A stretch of 64,000 bases of DNA. It comes from Cyanidioschyzon merolae (lineage: Eukaryota). Both the position numbers and the translations under genes were made by a program. Positions 1-10,584 of the stretch are shown in pieces (the stretch's first letter is position 1; the number at the start of each line of letters is the position of its first letter). The stretch lies in NCBI GenBank assembly GCA_000091205.1, contig AP006498.2. One strand, 5' to 3'. A model generated the notes under the pieces. It did no database searches and was not told the DNA's origin. It saw nothing but the letters and a program-made list of their open reading frames with translations.

Positions 1-1160
1 ACGGAACACCATGCCCTTGTTCGTTGAACAGACTGGAGCCTCTCCGAGCGTATCGTCGAGAAGAAACCCGTAATGATAGGATAGGGTACGATACTAGGCG
101 CGCAACCGGATGGTGCAGGCATCGACTGGTGCCTTCTGTACCCGTCAACGGTATGTTCCGAGCGACGAAGCGAGCATTCCCGTTTCACAGGCCGGCACGC
201 GCAGAGCAATGAAGTGTGGTGGACATACGGGAATCCCTGCTCAGAGACAAGCGCCACCGCTGGGAATTGCATATCGAGTCCATAGACAAGGAACACGCGA
301 ATGGCAAACGAAGCCAAGTATGTACCGACTGCCTGTGCATGAACGACGTCTACAACAGCAGAAAGCGTCGAAATCGGGACGTTCACGCTGCCGTCCGAAT
401 CCTTCGTGTGCTGTTAACGGCACATGAATGCAACGAGAGATCACCGTATGCATCGCCGAAGAGAAGCGCGAGCAAAATGAATCAGGTACAAAGAAGCCCT
501 TAAAGGCGGGTGCTGTCGACAGTGGAACGCTCCCCAAACCTAAGCGCGTACGTCCGAGCTAGCCAAGCAGACCTACCACATTGTAAGCTGACACGACTCG
601 AATAGAAAAGGCATCGGAAGTGTAAATTGACCAGGTGTGGCATCGCAGGAGCGCTGATCCCCAAGGCGAGAAGCGCGCGACGGCACCCCAGCATCTGTTC
701 TGAAGCGATACGCCTTGAACGCGCTACCAGGATATCAAACGTTATCTGCACGAAACTCGCAGCACCCAGCATACATTGTACTTTGTAACGTGCTGTGCTG
801 TGCTGTGCAACGCCCTGATCAGTATCCGGCGTGATCGCCTCTGGACTCCTCGAACAGCGCTGGAGGTGCAGTTTCCTCGAATCTTGGACCGCTGGAGCCG
901 CTCTTCTGGGCCGCTTGACTACGCTCACTGAGGCATTTGGGTGCACCTGGGTTCTGCGAGCGAAGACTACATGAAATCGGGCAGAAACGAACAGGGGGCA
1001 TGTTTCATCGCCTACGCTACAGCTTTCGCCTCTAACCCGCTGTGTGACTACTTGCCAGTCTACTCGACAAAGCTGGTTCCTCTTACCATAGAGACCTTCG
1101 GTAAAGAGCGCACTTGGCTCAGCCTACGTGGTTGAAGCAGTGCTGTAGCCGCGAGATAAG

Positions 1161-1400
1161 GCAGCTACAACCAAACTCGCATCGCTGAACTGCATTGCAT
1201 CCAAGAGGAAACCGTTGTTGTTTGCTTGCGAATAGGAGCGGCTTCATTCCAGTATAGACTTCTTACACTGTGACGAACAGGCAGCTACAACCAAACTCGC
1301 ATCTCTGAACTGCATTGAATCCAAGAGGAAACCGTTGTTGTTTGCTTGCGAATAGGAGCGGCTTCATTCCAGTTTAGACCTCTTACACTGTGACGAACAG
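1161..1400. repeat. Tandem direct repeat, 2 copies of a 120-bp unit (1161-1280, 1281-1400) with a few mismatches, upstream of the GT64 gene
   Basis: Directly visible: 'gcagctacaaccaaactcgcatc(g/t)ctgaactgcattg(c/a)atccaagaggaaaccgttgttgtttgcttgcgaataggagcggcttcattccagt(a/t)tagac(t/c)tcttacactgtgacgaacag' occurs twice back to back. Confidence 0.85.
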
Positions 1401-1917
1401 TGTGCCGACATTGCTGTATTGCGGGCACCAATCGATACAAAGCCTTGGATAGGATTCTGGTTCGCTTCTGAACTCGCAGCACCGATCGAAGACGAGTTAG
1501 CGGGCGATTCGTGACGTACAGCTCACGTATACCCATCACATACGACGTCTTGTTCGCTATTTCATTCCAAATCGAAAAGCGTGGCACGCAAACAGCTTCC
1601 AAGAGCGTCTGTGTCTCGTGATAGTGCTGCCGCGCTACCGACTACGATCGGATGTTGCGTCGGTTCGGCAAGGTGCTATTCTTTTCACCCAAGTCACTGT
1701 TTTTGGGCGTTGACATCGCGCATCAACACTGTCGTATCACCGTTGATCCCACGACCTAGGCAGGATGCGTCGTGGACGGCGACGTCGGCGGTGCACATCG
1801 AGAAGCTGGGCACCTGCTTCGAGCATGCGCCCCAGACGCATGGTAAGGCAGCAGGCTTTATGGCGATTTTGGCCTCCACAGCCAGTCTCTTGCGGAAATG
1901 CGTTGCGGTTCACATCC

Positions 1918-3981
1918 ATGTTGTATTGGATAGTTGTTGCCACACTGGCTATCGTGAATGGTTGCTTCGCTTGGTACTGGACCCGAGCTGCAGATGGGTA
2001 CACGAAATCATCGACACTGCAGACACCGTCGACGCTGCGCCTTGTTCGCCAGCACTGGCGGAGCCAGCCAGCGCCATCGAACGCCTTGAGTTCTTTATGG
2101 CATGAGTATGGTGCCCTGCTCTCCGCCAGGTGTTGCTGTGCTTTCTGGACGTATATTCCGGACGCCGAGACGTATCTTCGTGCTGCACTCGGTCTGCTGG
2201 GATCGTTGCTGCGCCATCGACAAGGCGTACCTGTTGTGGTACTCGTGGGCTTTAATCGCTCAGATCAGGCGTTCACGCGAATCGCATGGGACTGGAACCC
2301 TGACCACCACACGCCCGAACGTGGCGTTTATTTGAAGCTGATTTCACGTGCTGCAGCGCCAGCGGAACAGGAGCTTGTGGTGCGCAAGCTTTTGCACACC
2401 CCGAAATGTGCAGGTATACCACGGCGTCTGCTGCGGCTCGATGCACGCGCAATGCTGCTCGAGCCGATAACGGAGGTCTTTCTGCGTCCAGACTGGTTGC
2501 AGGTTCTCTCCTGGGAGCAGCGCTTAAACTGTACACACCAGAGCGTGCAAGCACCTTTGCGGTATCGGGTGCGGCTCGCTGAACAGCGGCTGGCCCGACG
2601 AGCCGCACTGGATCAGAGCCAACTTCTCAGCTGGTACCGAGCGGATTGGCGCATGGTCCACTTCGAACCCGGCCTGGAACCGGGAAACCTTTGGCGGGCA
2701 CTCTTGAACCCGCAGGTCGAAACCGGTACCGGTGTTCTCTATCCACCAGCCTCAGCGGATGTACAGCTGTTGGAGGACTTTGATCTCCCTCTGGTATATG
2801 ATTGGTTGCGAAACGCAGAACGATGGATGCGTCGGGTCCACAAGCGACCGCTCTGGTCTCCTTCACCAGAGATGCATTTTCGGAATCGCTTCTGTCACCA
2901 CGCTCTGGGTCATTATCGTCAACGGAACCGTGATGCGCGATCCAGAACGATTGAGACTTTTACCGTGCTGGTGAATGCATTCTCTCGACAACGAATCCAG
3001 GCTGGCCTCCTGGAAGCGATTCTCGAACGGTATTGCAGGATTTCCTCGGTGGCGAGCATCGTCGTCCTCGTGTACGAGCTGGATACCCTGCAAATCGCTG
3101 AGGATCTGGGCAAGCGCCTCGGCGGATGCGTACCCATTCGGGTGCTCCGGCTCGACGGCCCCGGAGCGGACTCGCTGAACCACCGTTTCTTACCGTTACC
3201 ATCCTGGATCGAAACTGCGGCTGTGCTGCACACCGATGATGACATGCTGCCGGTTCATGATGCGCTCATCGAGTTCGGTTTCCGACAGTGGCGAAAGCGA
3301 CACGCGCAGCAGCGCGGGCAACCTAACCTCGTCGGGTTCGTTCCGCGTTATGCTGATCCACAAGCTCACCTGTATGCGCTACGGAAGCCGCCCGTGTCGC
3401 GCTCGAAAGCGCAGCATATCTGGGATCGTCGCGATGCTGTGCAATCGTATAACATTGTTCTCACCAAGCTTGCTTTTGTTCCGCACATCTATCATTTCCT
3501 CTATACCTGCATTCTACCGTACATACCTTTAGTGGAGCCCGATGCCATGGACCTACTCAACATGGTCGATCGCGTGCGCAACTGCGAAGATATCGTGATG
3601 CAGGGTCTTGCAAGCGTGGTTGCTGGAAAGCAGTCGCCGCTGGTCGTTCGTGGACTGAGCTCCGCCGACCTCGCCGATTACGGAAGCACTGACGATCAAC
3701 ATGCTATCTCGATGGGTGAACATGCCTCCCTGTGGGTCACCTCGGCAGGCAATCCAATGACCATGACCCGGCTGAGCGGTTTCGATGCGCACCTCTGGCA
3801 ACGCGGTCAATGCGTTGTTGCGGTCCAGCAGACACTTGGTCGTGGAGAGTACGCATCATCGATTTTCTCGGAGCAGACATCTGTAGCTGCGCCTTTCGAA
3901 GCTGCACCAGTACCTGTTCAGCGGGATCGAATGCCGGTCTGCAGTGTGGTTAACACGATGAATGCCGTATGGGTAATTTGA
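1918..3981 (+). CDS. Glycosyltransferase family 64 (exostosin-like, EXT C-terminal domain type) type-II membrane protein
   Basis: Uninterrupted ORF (track ORF 1765..3981). The Met at 1918 is followed by a hydrophobic signal anchor 'MLYWIVVATLAIVNGCFAWYW'. The C-terminal domain has DXD-type 'HTDDDMLP' and '...RNCEDIVMQGLASVVAG', which matches the conserved GT64 block (animal EXTL 'ANCEDILMNFLVS') from memory. The true start could instead be 1765. Confidence 0.7.
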   Translation: MLYWIVVATLAIVNGCFAWYWTRAADGYTKSSTLQTPSTLRLVRQHWRSQPAPSNALSSLWHEYGALLSARCCCAFWTYIPDAETYLRAALGLLGSLLRHRQGVPVVVLVGFNRSDQAFTRIAWDWNPDHHTPERGVYLKLISRAAAPAEQELVVRKLLHTPKCAGIPRRLLRLDARAMLLEPITEVFLRPDWLQVLSWEQRLNCTHQSVQAPLRYRVRLAEQRLARRAALDQSQLLSWYRADWRMVHFEPGLEPGNLWRALLNPQVETGTGVLYPPASADVQLLEDFDLPLVYDWLRNAERWMRRVHKRPLWSPSPEMHFRNRFCHHALGHYRQRNRDARSRTIETFTVLVNAFSRQRIQAGLLEAILERYCRISSVASIVVLVYELDTLQIAEDLGKRLGGCVPIRVLRLDGPGADSLNHRFLPLPSWIETAAVLHTDDDMLPVHDALIEFGFRQWRKRHAQQRGQPNLVGFVPRYADPQAHLYALRKPPVSRSKAQHIWDRRDAVQSYNIVLTKLAFVPHIYHFLYTCILPYIPLVEPDAMDLLNMVDRVRNCEDIVMQGLASVVAGKQSPLVVRGLSSADLADYGSTDDQHAISMGEHASLWVTSAGNPMTMTRLSGFDAHLWQRGQCVVAVQQTLGRGEYASSIFSEQTSVAAPFEAAPVPVQRDRMPVCSVVNTMNAVWVI

Positions 3982-6727
3982 ATTGGTGGACATCGGCGCA
4001 TCCCTGCTGCTTTCCGGTGTCATGATGATGAGGTCGCTCGGGCGAATCACCATAGACCGTCGTGAAAATGGAGCACGTGCTGTGCTTTGCTCCACCGACG
4101 CCGTTTCAGCTTGAGGGAAGCGCTGAATGATGGTGCACAGGCCTCGTTTCCCTGTGGTGTGATGGGGCTTCGTTTCGTACCTGCCGGTTTACGAACAGAA
4201 TGCGCTGCATCGCTCGTGACTTGTGATCTTGCCGAAGCGCTGGGCTCCTCGATGGTAACCGGACACACATGGGCTGCAGCAGCAAGGTCCGAACCGACCC
4301 CAATGCGTAAATCCATGCTCGAAAGCGTACATTCATATCTGGGTACATAAGTATGCGCCAGCGTCGATGCTTGTGCGTCCATGCGAACGATCCATTCATG
4401 TAGAGACGAACACACTCGTATATGCAGGCCCGCTTTCAGATCCTACATCGACTTGAAATGGGAACATTTTGCAGCGCTACGCCTGGAGCATTGAATGACG
4501 CCCATCATTGCAGGCGGTATCGCTAGCTGGCGAACAGGTAACGCCGCTCGAGCGAGTCTTCGGATACACTGACAATGGGATGCGTTGATCTAGAGCACTG
4601 GCTGACGTTTGAAAAGTCGCTGGCCATCCTGATACTCCCTGGTGAGACGACACGCGTTTGGTCTTGCACGTTACCTATTCAATGGCAGTGGAGGCGCGAC
4701 GAAACCCGCCCTCAAACGTAACCTGAGACGTGAGTCAACGCGCGCCAGCTTCTGTTGAGCATCTCATGCATGTTCAGATAGCATGCTCCACAGATACCGT
4801 GTGAAGGTTCCTGAAAAATCGTCCATTTTCCAGGTCAGTTCGTTTTGTGCTTCACGAAACTGAGTGAAAATGACGTGCCGGCTGGTCGATGTTCAGCATC
4901 GGGAAGAGTTCTTTGCTGGGCGTCGACCTGTATTTAGTTAGTAGGCCAGGATGGATGCGTCGAACAAAATGCGGCAGCGGAGCGCAGTGCGCAAATTCGA
5001 CTTGAACGCTCACAGCGTCCTACACCTGCTTCAGATAGAAATTGAAAAGTACATTGAGCGCTGTGTTCCTGGCTTGATATTCTGTTACGAGCGTTTGTCG
5101 ATGATGAACAGTTTCGACAATTTGTATGAAGCAATGAGTACGTTTCCAGTCGTACATCGATTTAGGATTGTGCATCGGTGTTGTGGAGTGCTTTTTTAGA
5201 ATATTTTGCGGGCGGCATTCGTTCGTCATGAGAATGAAGATGATTCGTGACGCCCACCGCCTACGATTCCTGGAGTAACCGATAGGGCCGTCCAACGCAC
5301 AGGTACAAGCCTCCACTCTTCTGCTTTCCCAAAGAGCAGTATACCCAGGTCACGCATGCTTCACGTTTTCGATACGTCTCTGTGGAGCGATACTTCATGG
5401 GTGAAGCAAGTTGCGCCGCTGCATGAGCAGCTCGAAGAAAGTCTTGTTCATCGTCATCCGTTGACGACTTGGTCACCCGCTCATGCCGAACGTTCACTGA
5501 ACATCGCACCTCAAGCAATCGACTCGGATCGAAACGCAAATCCTTTTCTCTTTGCGAGCATCGGTGAGCCTGCATGCCACTGCAGCATGATGCCAGCTCG
5601 AGTGCTATACTCGCAGCGGCTCCCGTGTATCGTGTTTGCGTGGAACATCGTTTTAGAGTTTATTCACCGCAGCGATCACTTGACATGGGGATTGCGTCAG
5701 CGCTCTATACGAAGCGAGCGTAGGCAGATTGAACGTTCTCGATTTCATCTGCAGCCTGGAATTTTCTTCCGATTCTTGCTTGACCACATAATACATCGCG
5801 TTCCGTAAATCCTCCATGGAATCGAACAGCATGCGCGCATGTATTCAGCGGACCGAGCTCTTGCCTCGGGGAATGCTCTGAAAAAGCCCGGGATAGCAAG
5901 GTAGTGCACCGGGCACGGAAAGGAAGCAAGGCATCCTGGTTAGCACTCTGTATCCGTCAAGCGCTTGTACAGAGCAATGACTCAATCAATGAAGCGCTAC
6001 AGGGCGACAATCGGGGGCGTATATGCGATCCACACAGGGGAAGCCTCGAACGCGGGCACGTTTCATCGTTGCGGAAGGTAAACCGAGGCTGTATACATAG
6101 CAGATGGGCCCGGCAAGCGAAGCGAATACCGCAAGGCCCATCTGTGCATGACATAAGTCGACAACAGCCGGAATCTACAAAATCGCAAGTCTAATCCTGT
6201 CATCAATATCCTTCGACTGTTGGTAACCGAGCTTGAGGGAAAGGAAATACCTGCGTTTTGAGAGCCTGAGACGAGATGGAAGAAAATGAAGCAGTCGCAG
6301 AAATTGCCCCCAACGCCTGGTGTTCATCACTGTGGAATGTCATGCAAACTTTGATCTGTACGTCGGTGATCGTGGATCCATTCCATTCTATGCAGGCGCG
6401 GTTATCAACAGACCCTGAGAGCAAGCTCAGGTGTTAGGATGACCTCCGCCTGACTCGTGTACCCCAAACGCACATGCACGCCTTCTGGGACGTTGCGTGC
6501 ACGCATGCCATGCAGGATCGATATATCTACTTATATTCATAAAAATGTAGATATATTTAGATAAGTTCAGATTGTCGAGTTAACCCCCCAATGGAGCACG
6601 CACCCGCGCAGGGGCAGAGGCCTTCGTCAGGCCTGTTGTTGTATGGTGCAACAGTACCTCAACGCTAACGCCATGCACTTGTAACAAACGTACTGCACTC
6701 GGATACCTCAGTATCACGTTATTCTTC

Positions 6728-7216
6728 ATGCGTCTTTATTGGAGCAAGCTCGTTCAGCACCTTAGATCGCCTGGGGAACTTTGCTCGTTTCTTTCTAAAA
6801 ACGGCGGTCTACCGGCGCTCGTTCGTGAACCACCGTCGCTTGCCGACTCCGAGCCGTGCACCTGGCGTGGTGCCAAGAAGAAAGCTGGTGGCAGTTCACG
6901 TAACGGGCGTGACTCCATAGCCAAACGTCTGGGTGTCAAGACAGGAGAAGGCGTTCATGTTCGCATCGGTCAGGTGCTGGTGCGCCAACGAGGTACCCGC
7001 TGGCTCCCCGGCGAGCGCGTCGGGGTTGGTCGTGACGACACCATCTACGCCCTAGCGACGGGTCAAGTGAGGTTCAGTCGTCGTAGCCGTGACGGCCGCA
7101 CAGTTGTGAATGTGGTACCTGTGGCCGATGAACGCGATCTGGCTGCTAATTCGCGGTTCGCTACGAGTCAAACAACTGTCCTGGGGAGTCCGTCGACAGG
7201 TACCGCAACACAGTGA
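6728..7216 (+). CDS. Bacterial-type ribosomal protein L27 (bL27), nuclear-encoded organellar (mitochondrial/plastid) form
   Basis: Core '[63 protein letters not shown]' matches the bL27 signature (GGxxRNGRDSxxKRLGVK...RQRGT...GRDHTL). An N-terminal extension of about 55 aa is consistent with a targeting presequence. Confidence 0.7.
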   Translation: MRLYWSKLVQHLRSPGELCSFLSKNGGLPALVREPPSLADSEPCTWRGAKKKAGGSSRNGRDSIAKRLGVKTGEGVHVRIGQVLVRQRGTRWLPGERVGVGRDDTIYALATGQVRFSRRSRDGRTVVNVVPVADERDLAANSRFATSQTTVLGSPSTGTATQ

Positions 7217-8091
7217 GGTCCGCCGACCTGAGCGCTCCCGCGCTACCGAGAATACTTGCCCCTCTCAGCGGGAACAGAGCACGGCCGGGAGTCCGGACGT
7301 TCTGTTTAAAGATAGGAAAGTAGGCATTGCGTGTTCTCAGGGGGCCTGCCTTGCAGTAATGGCTGAGGCCGTCGCGTTTCTCGCGTACCCCAGGCGGAAA
7401 CGCCTCGACAACGGCGCATCAGCCCATACATACGCATACGCCCCAGCTGAATGTAAATTTTAGCCCATGCGTAACCTGCTCCCGCGTAATGGAGTGTGCT
7501 TTACCGACCAAGAGGCGGGCTTTAGCGTTGCATGAGCTGAACGCGATTCCCCGCAAACAACGCCCACACCCTGAAACTGAAAAGTCGTGCCTCCGTTTTG
7601 CGGAGACTGGCGCGGATGGACAACAATAGCCGTGTGCTCATTCCAGCGACAACATGCACCACCGGATAGTCTAGAAAGTAGCGCTCGGGTGTGATCTGGA
7701 CGCAGTCGCGGTGCGCCTAGCATCCGAAGCTACGAATGGACGACCAGTGATCATTGTATCGGGTTCAGTCAAATCCGGCAGATGCCCGACCGACCACAGG
7801 ACCAAAACACACTCCGAATCCGTCAATACGAGTTGTCACACCGGTCAGCAAACGTGCGCGATAATGGCAAGTAGGTGAGACCTGTTCTCGATGCATGCAC
7901 AGTGCAGCCGTATGGAACTGGAAACCGACACCTTCATCTTCACACACCCATCGCTTTCCTCGACATCATCCTTGACCGCAAAAGTCCATCAAAGGAGGCT
8001 TGAAAGGTGCGACGTGACTTGGTACAGGCAAGTACGTAAAGAGCGATTCAGTGTCTTGAGGATACTCAGTCGTATCGAATCGTGGAACACC

Positions 8092-8364
8092 ATGAATGTT
8101 CACCAATTGCTTGGGAAAGTCGCGTTCCCTCTGCTTGTGCTGGGCGCTGCAGCCTTTCTGGATTGCAGACCGCTGCCATACCAGTGTCGTGCTCAAGGTG
8201 CGAATCCAATCCAAACTCTCTCCTGGTCTCTGAGTTTTCTTGCATCGACATGCTGCAGCGTTTCAGTACAAGGCCCGTACTGTGCACTGAACGATGCCCT
8301 CGAACGCTCGCTCGACACAAAGCCGCTGCACGCTCCTGAAGAACAAGTCTCTCGCGCGTGTTGA
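8092..8364 (+). CDS. Hypothetical small secreted cysteine-containing protein (90 aa) with a predicted signal peptide
   Basis: Internal Met at 8092 of track ORF 7891..8364 starts a signal-peptide-like 'MNVHQLLGKVAFPLLVLGAAAFLDC', followed by a Cys-containing segment. I recognise no homology. It could be a chance ORF. Confidence 0.15.
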   Translation: MNVHQLLGKVAFPLLVLGAAAFLDCRPLPYQCRAQGANPIQTLSWSLSFLASTCCSVSVQGPYCALNDALERSLDTKPLHAPEEQVSRAC

Positions 8365-8761
8365 TCATGACGTTCTAGTTGCGATGCGTACAATGCATAT
8401 GCGCACTGTTACAGGTGGAGACACAATACCAGAGCAAGCTGCAGAGCTTGGATTGCCTCTCCATCCGAGGTTCAGTCAGCTTAGCGTGCACCGTCTGGTG
8501 CAGCGTTCTCCGTTCGACTGCCTTTTTCCCTATTTGTTTCGGAACGCATTCGTTCTCGTGATGTGTGGACGTCTGCCTGAGCGCACGGACGGCAAGCTTA
8601 CGGCATCGATTCATGTGCTCGGTGGACGCTCTCCTCGACAGGGCGGAAACGCAGGCTCTGCGCAGGATGGCACGTCGGATGCCACAGGCGACCTCCAAAG
8701 CGCACGACCTGACGGTCATTTCCATCGCAAATTATTCAAGAAAGTGACGAATATACGCTTC

Positions 8762-9397
8762 TTACCTCCGCACAATCGAGCCCGTTGTCGATCCGATCGC
8801 ACGCTCATAAAGTCCTGCCACGAGTCGTCCGCATGAGACATTCGAACGCTCATGCGCTCTCTCGACGAGCCATACAAAAGAGTTCCATCTGCTCGCTAGG
8901 GTGCAGAGAGCGTCGAGAAGAGCCCTGACGCGGTCATTCCTTTCGCTGGCATGCCTCGTTGCGCCCATGGTGTCCGACTCTGGATAGTACCGAGCTGCGG
9001 AAATTTTGAGCAGCTTCATCTGCGTTCCGCTAAGACCCGCATCTCCTTCCTCTTCATTTTGAGGTACCAATACAGCAGCGATCTTGCGCAACCCGGGATT
9101 CACGCTCACAAAAAAGTTTTTCTCTTCATCCACCCGAATGGATTGCACATGAACCATTTTACCCTGCTGGATCGTTTCCGGCACCGGCACTGCTCTTGTC
9201 CCGATCGCCAACGTTGCCACGCAGCAGCTCAAGGTATCCCGGGAAGCGGCTGAGCAAATCATCGATCCTGAGACTAGAACGTAACGCGTTGTGTGTCCCG
9301 AGCGTCCGACTCGTTGTCGCATGCAGATTTCGCTGAGAAAAAACTCTCGAGGAGCGTCGACAGCTGGCAGCTCTGCGTCCGAAACGCCCACGAACAC
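8762..9397 (-). CDS. Hypothetical protein (211 aa) of unknown function
   Basis: ORF in an otherwise gene-free interval. The segment 'FFVSVNPGLRKIAAVLV' is faintly reminiscent of an S1/OB-fold (eIF1A-domain-like) core. Not confidently assignable. Confidence 0.25.
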   Translation of the reverse strand: MFVGVSDAELPAVDAPREFFLSEICMRQRVGRSGHTTRYVLVSGSMICSAASRDTLSCCVATLAIGTRAVPVPETIQQGKMVHVQSIRVDEEKNFFVSVNPGLRKIAAVLVPQNEEEGDAGLSGTQMKLLKISAARYYPESDTMGATRHASERNDRVRALLDALCTLASRWNSFVWLVERAHERSNVSCGRLVAGLYERAIGSTTGSIVRR

Positions 9398-10584
9398 CGG
9401 CTCGAGCGCAGGTGCCCATGCGAAACAAGTTAGGTGACTCTAGCTCATGTGAAAAGCCATGCAATCCTCAGTGGCTTCATATATCTTGTAGCGTCACGGA
9501 TGCGAGTGACTCGTCTATTTTTCCACGGGTATGCAAGTCGCGTTTGATACCAGACATGACGTCGTGGACTTTGTGAAACATGGTGCAATCGACCGATACG
9601 AAAAGCGAGGAAACGGCAATCCAGGCTGTGTTCTCCTCGACCGCGTATCATTCATGGACACCGACTCTGGTGAAGAGATGGACAGAGGAGTCGGGGAAGC
9701 AGCACCCTCCGCATGTTACAACAAAGGATTACATACTGAACGATGCCATTCCTTTTGGCGGTTTTTTTTCGGCGACGACCCGATTGCGTCGCAGCTAGTG
9801 CTGATGTTTCCGGAAAGCCAGTTTGCCTTTTCGTTACCAACGGCGATCTGCCGCTCTTGGCGTACCCATGTACAGGTCTGCGACAACTGCCGATTCAAGT
9901 CTCACTGAATGGAGTGAACACCTGTCCTTCCCAGTTTACACGTTCGATTTTCAGTGAGAAATGAATAGCGTAGCGTTTAACGCGCGACCAGTCCCCATGG
10001 AGCCACATGTTTCCTTTGTCCATCCGCGTTGCCTCATTAGAGCTGGTATTTCCAGAGCGGAACCTATATCCATCCTCCGGCTTTTTGATCGGATATCTTA
10101 GGAGAACCTATGGAATGGAACGGAATGGAATGACGATGAGACAATCGTGTAGGTAGCATATGGCGAGTCATGTTTTGAGTGCGCGATCCTCAAGATAAGG
10201 ACAACGCGAGGCATGGTTCAACCACCAGGCTACCGTAGAATAGTCGACCTGTACGAACGAGGTCGTTTCTCGCAACCTACCAGGAACAGTATCAAGTCTT
10301 CCCGCGACTTGCATCCACCCCAAAGAATATAATCTTTTCGTTGAATACGTGCGAGAACCCCAACCAAAATCAAAAAGACTACGATGATGCCGGTGTTCCA
10401 GATTGCACTCCCATACGTATCAAGGCACATGCAGGGCTCGTGTCGCGGTTTCCCGACGAACTACGTCCGCTGAGTGCCTCTCTTTCGCAGAGAGAGCCAC
10501 TGCCGTCAAGCCACATCTCTGGACTCGATTGCGACGTTCGATACGCACCCGTCAACGCGTACAACTCGCGCTCCATCGTTCCGT

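Noticed and set aside
1765-1917. N-terminal extensions of track ORFs beyond the first plausible Met. These include GT64 from 1765, HOP2 from 20653, the DDX19-like gene to 55030, spermidine synthase to 59260, and the poly-Gly start of the 37411 ORF
   Set aside because: The upstream portions are Arg/Cys-rich or otherwise unlike the homologous families. An internal Met coincides with the conserved N-terminus or signal anchor in each case, so the extensions are probably 5' UTR read in frame.
2641-2700. T-loop-like 'cttcgaaccc' and other 'GTTCGA'-containing strings checked as further tRNA genes (also 15615-15640)
   Set aside because: No accompanying acceptor, D or anticodon stems. They lie inside coding sequence or lack any cloverleaf. 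They could still hide further permuted or intron-containing tRNAs that cannot be resolved by eye.
10112-10135. 'atggaatggaacggaatggaatg' (GGAAT-like pentamer run), considered as a satellite or centromeric repeat
   Set aside because: Only about 4-5 units. Too short to be more than a chance microsatellite.
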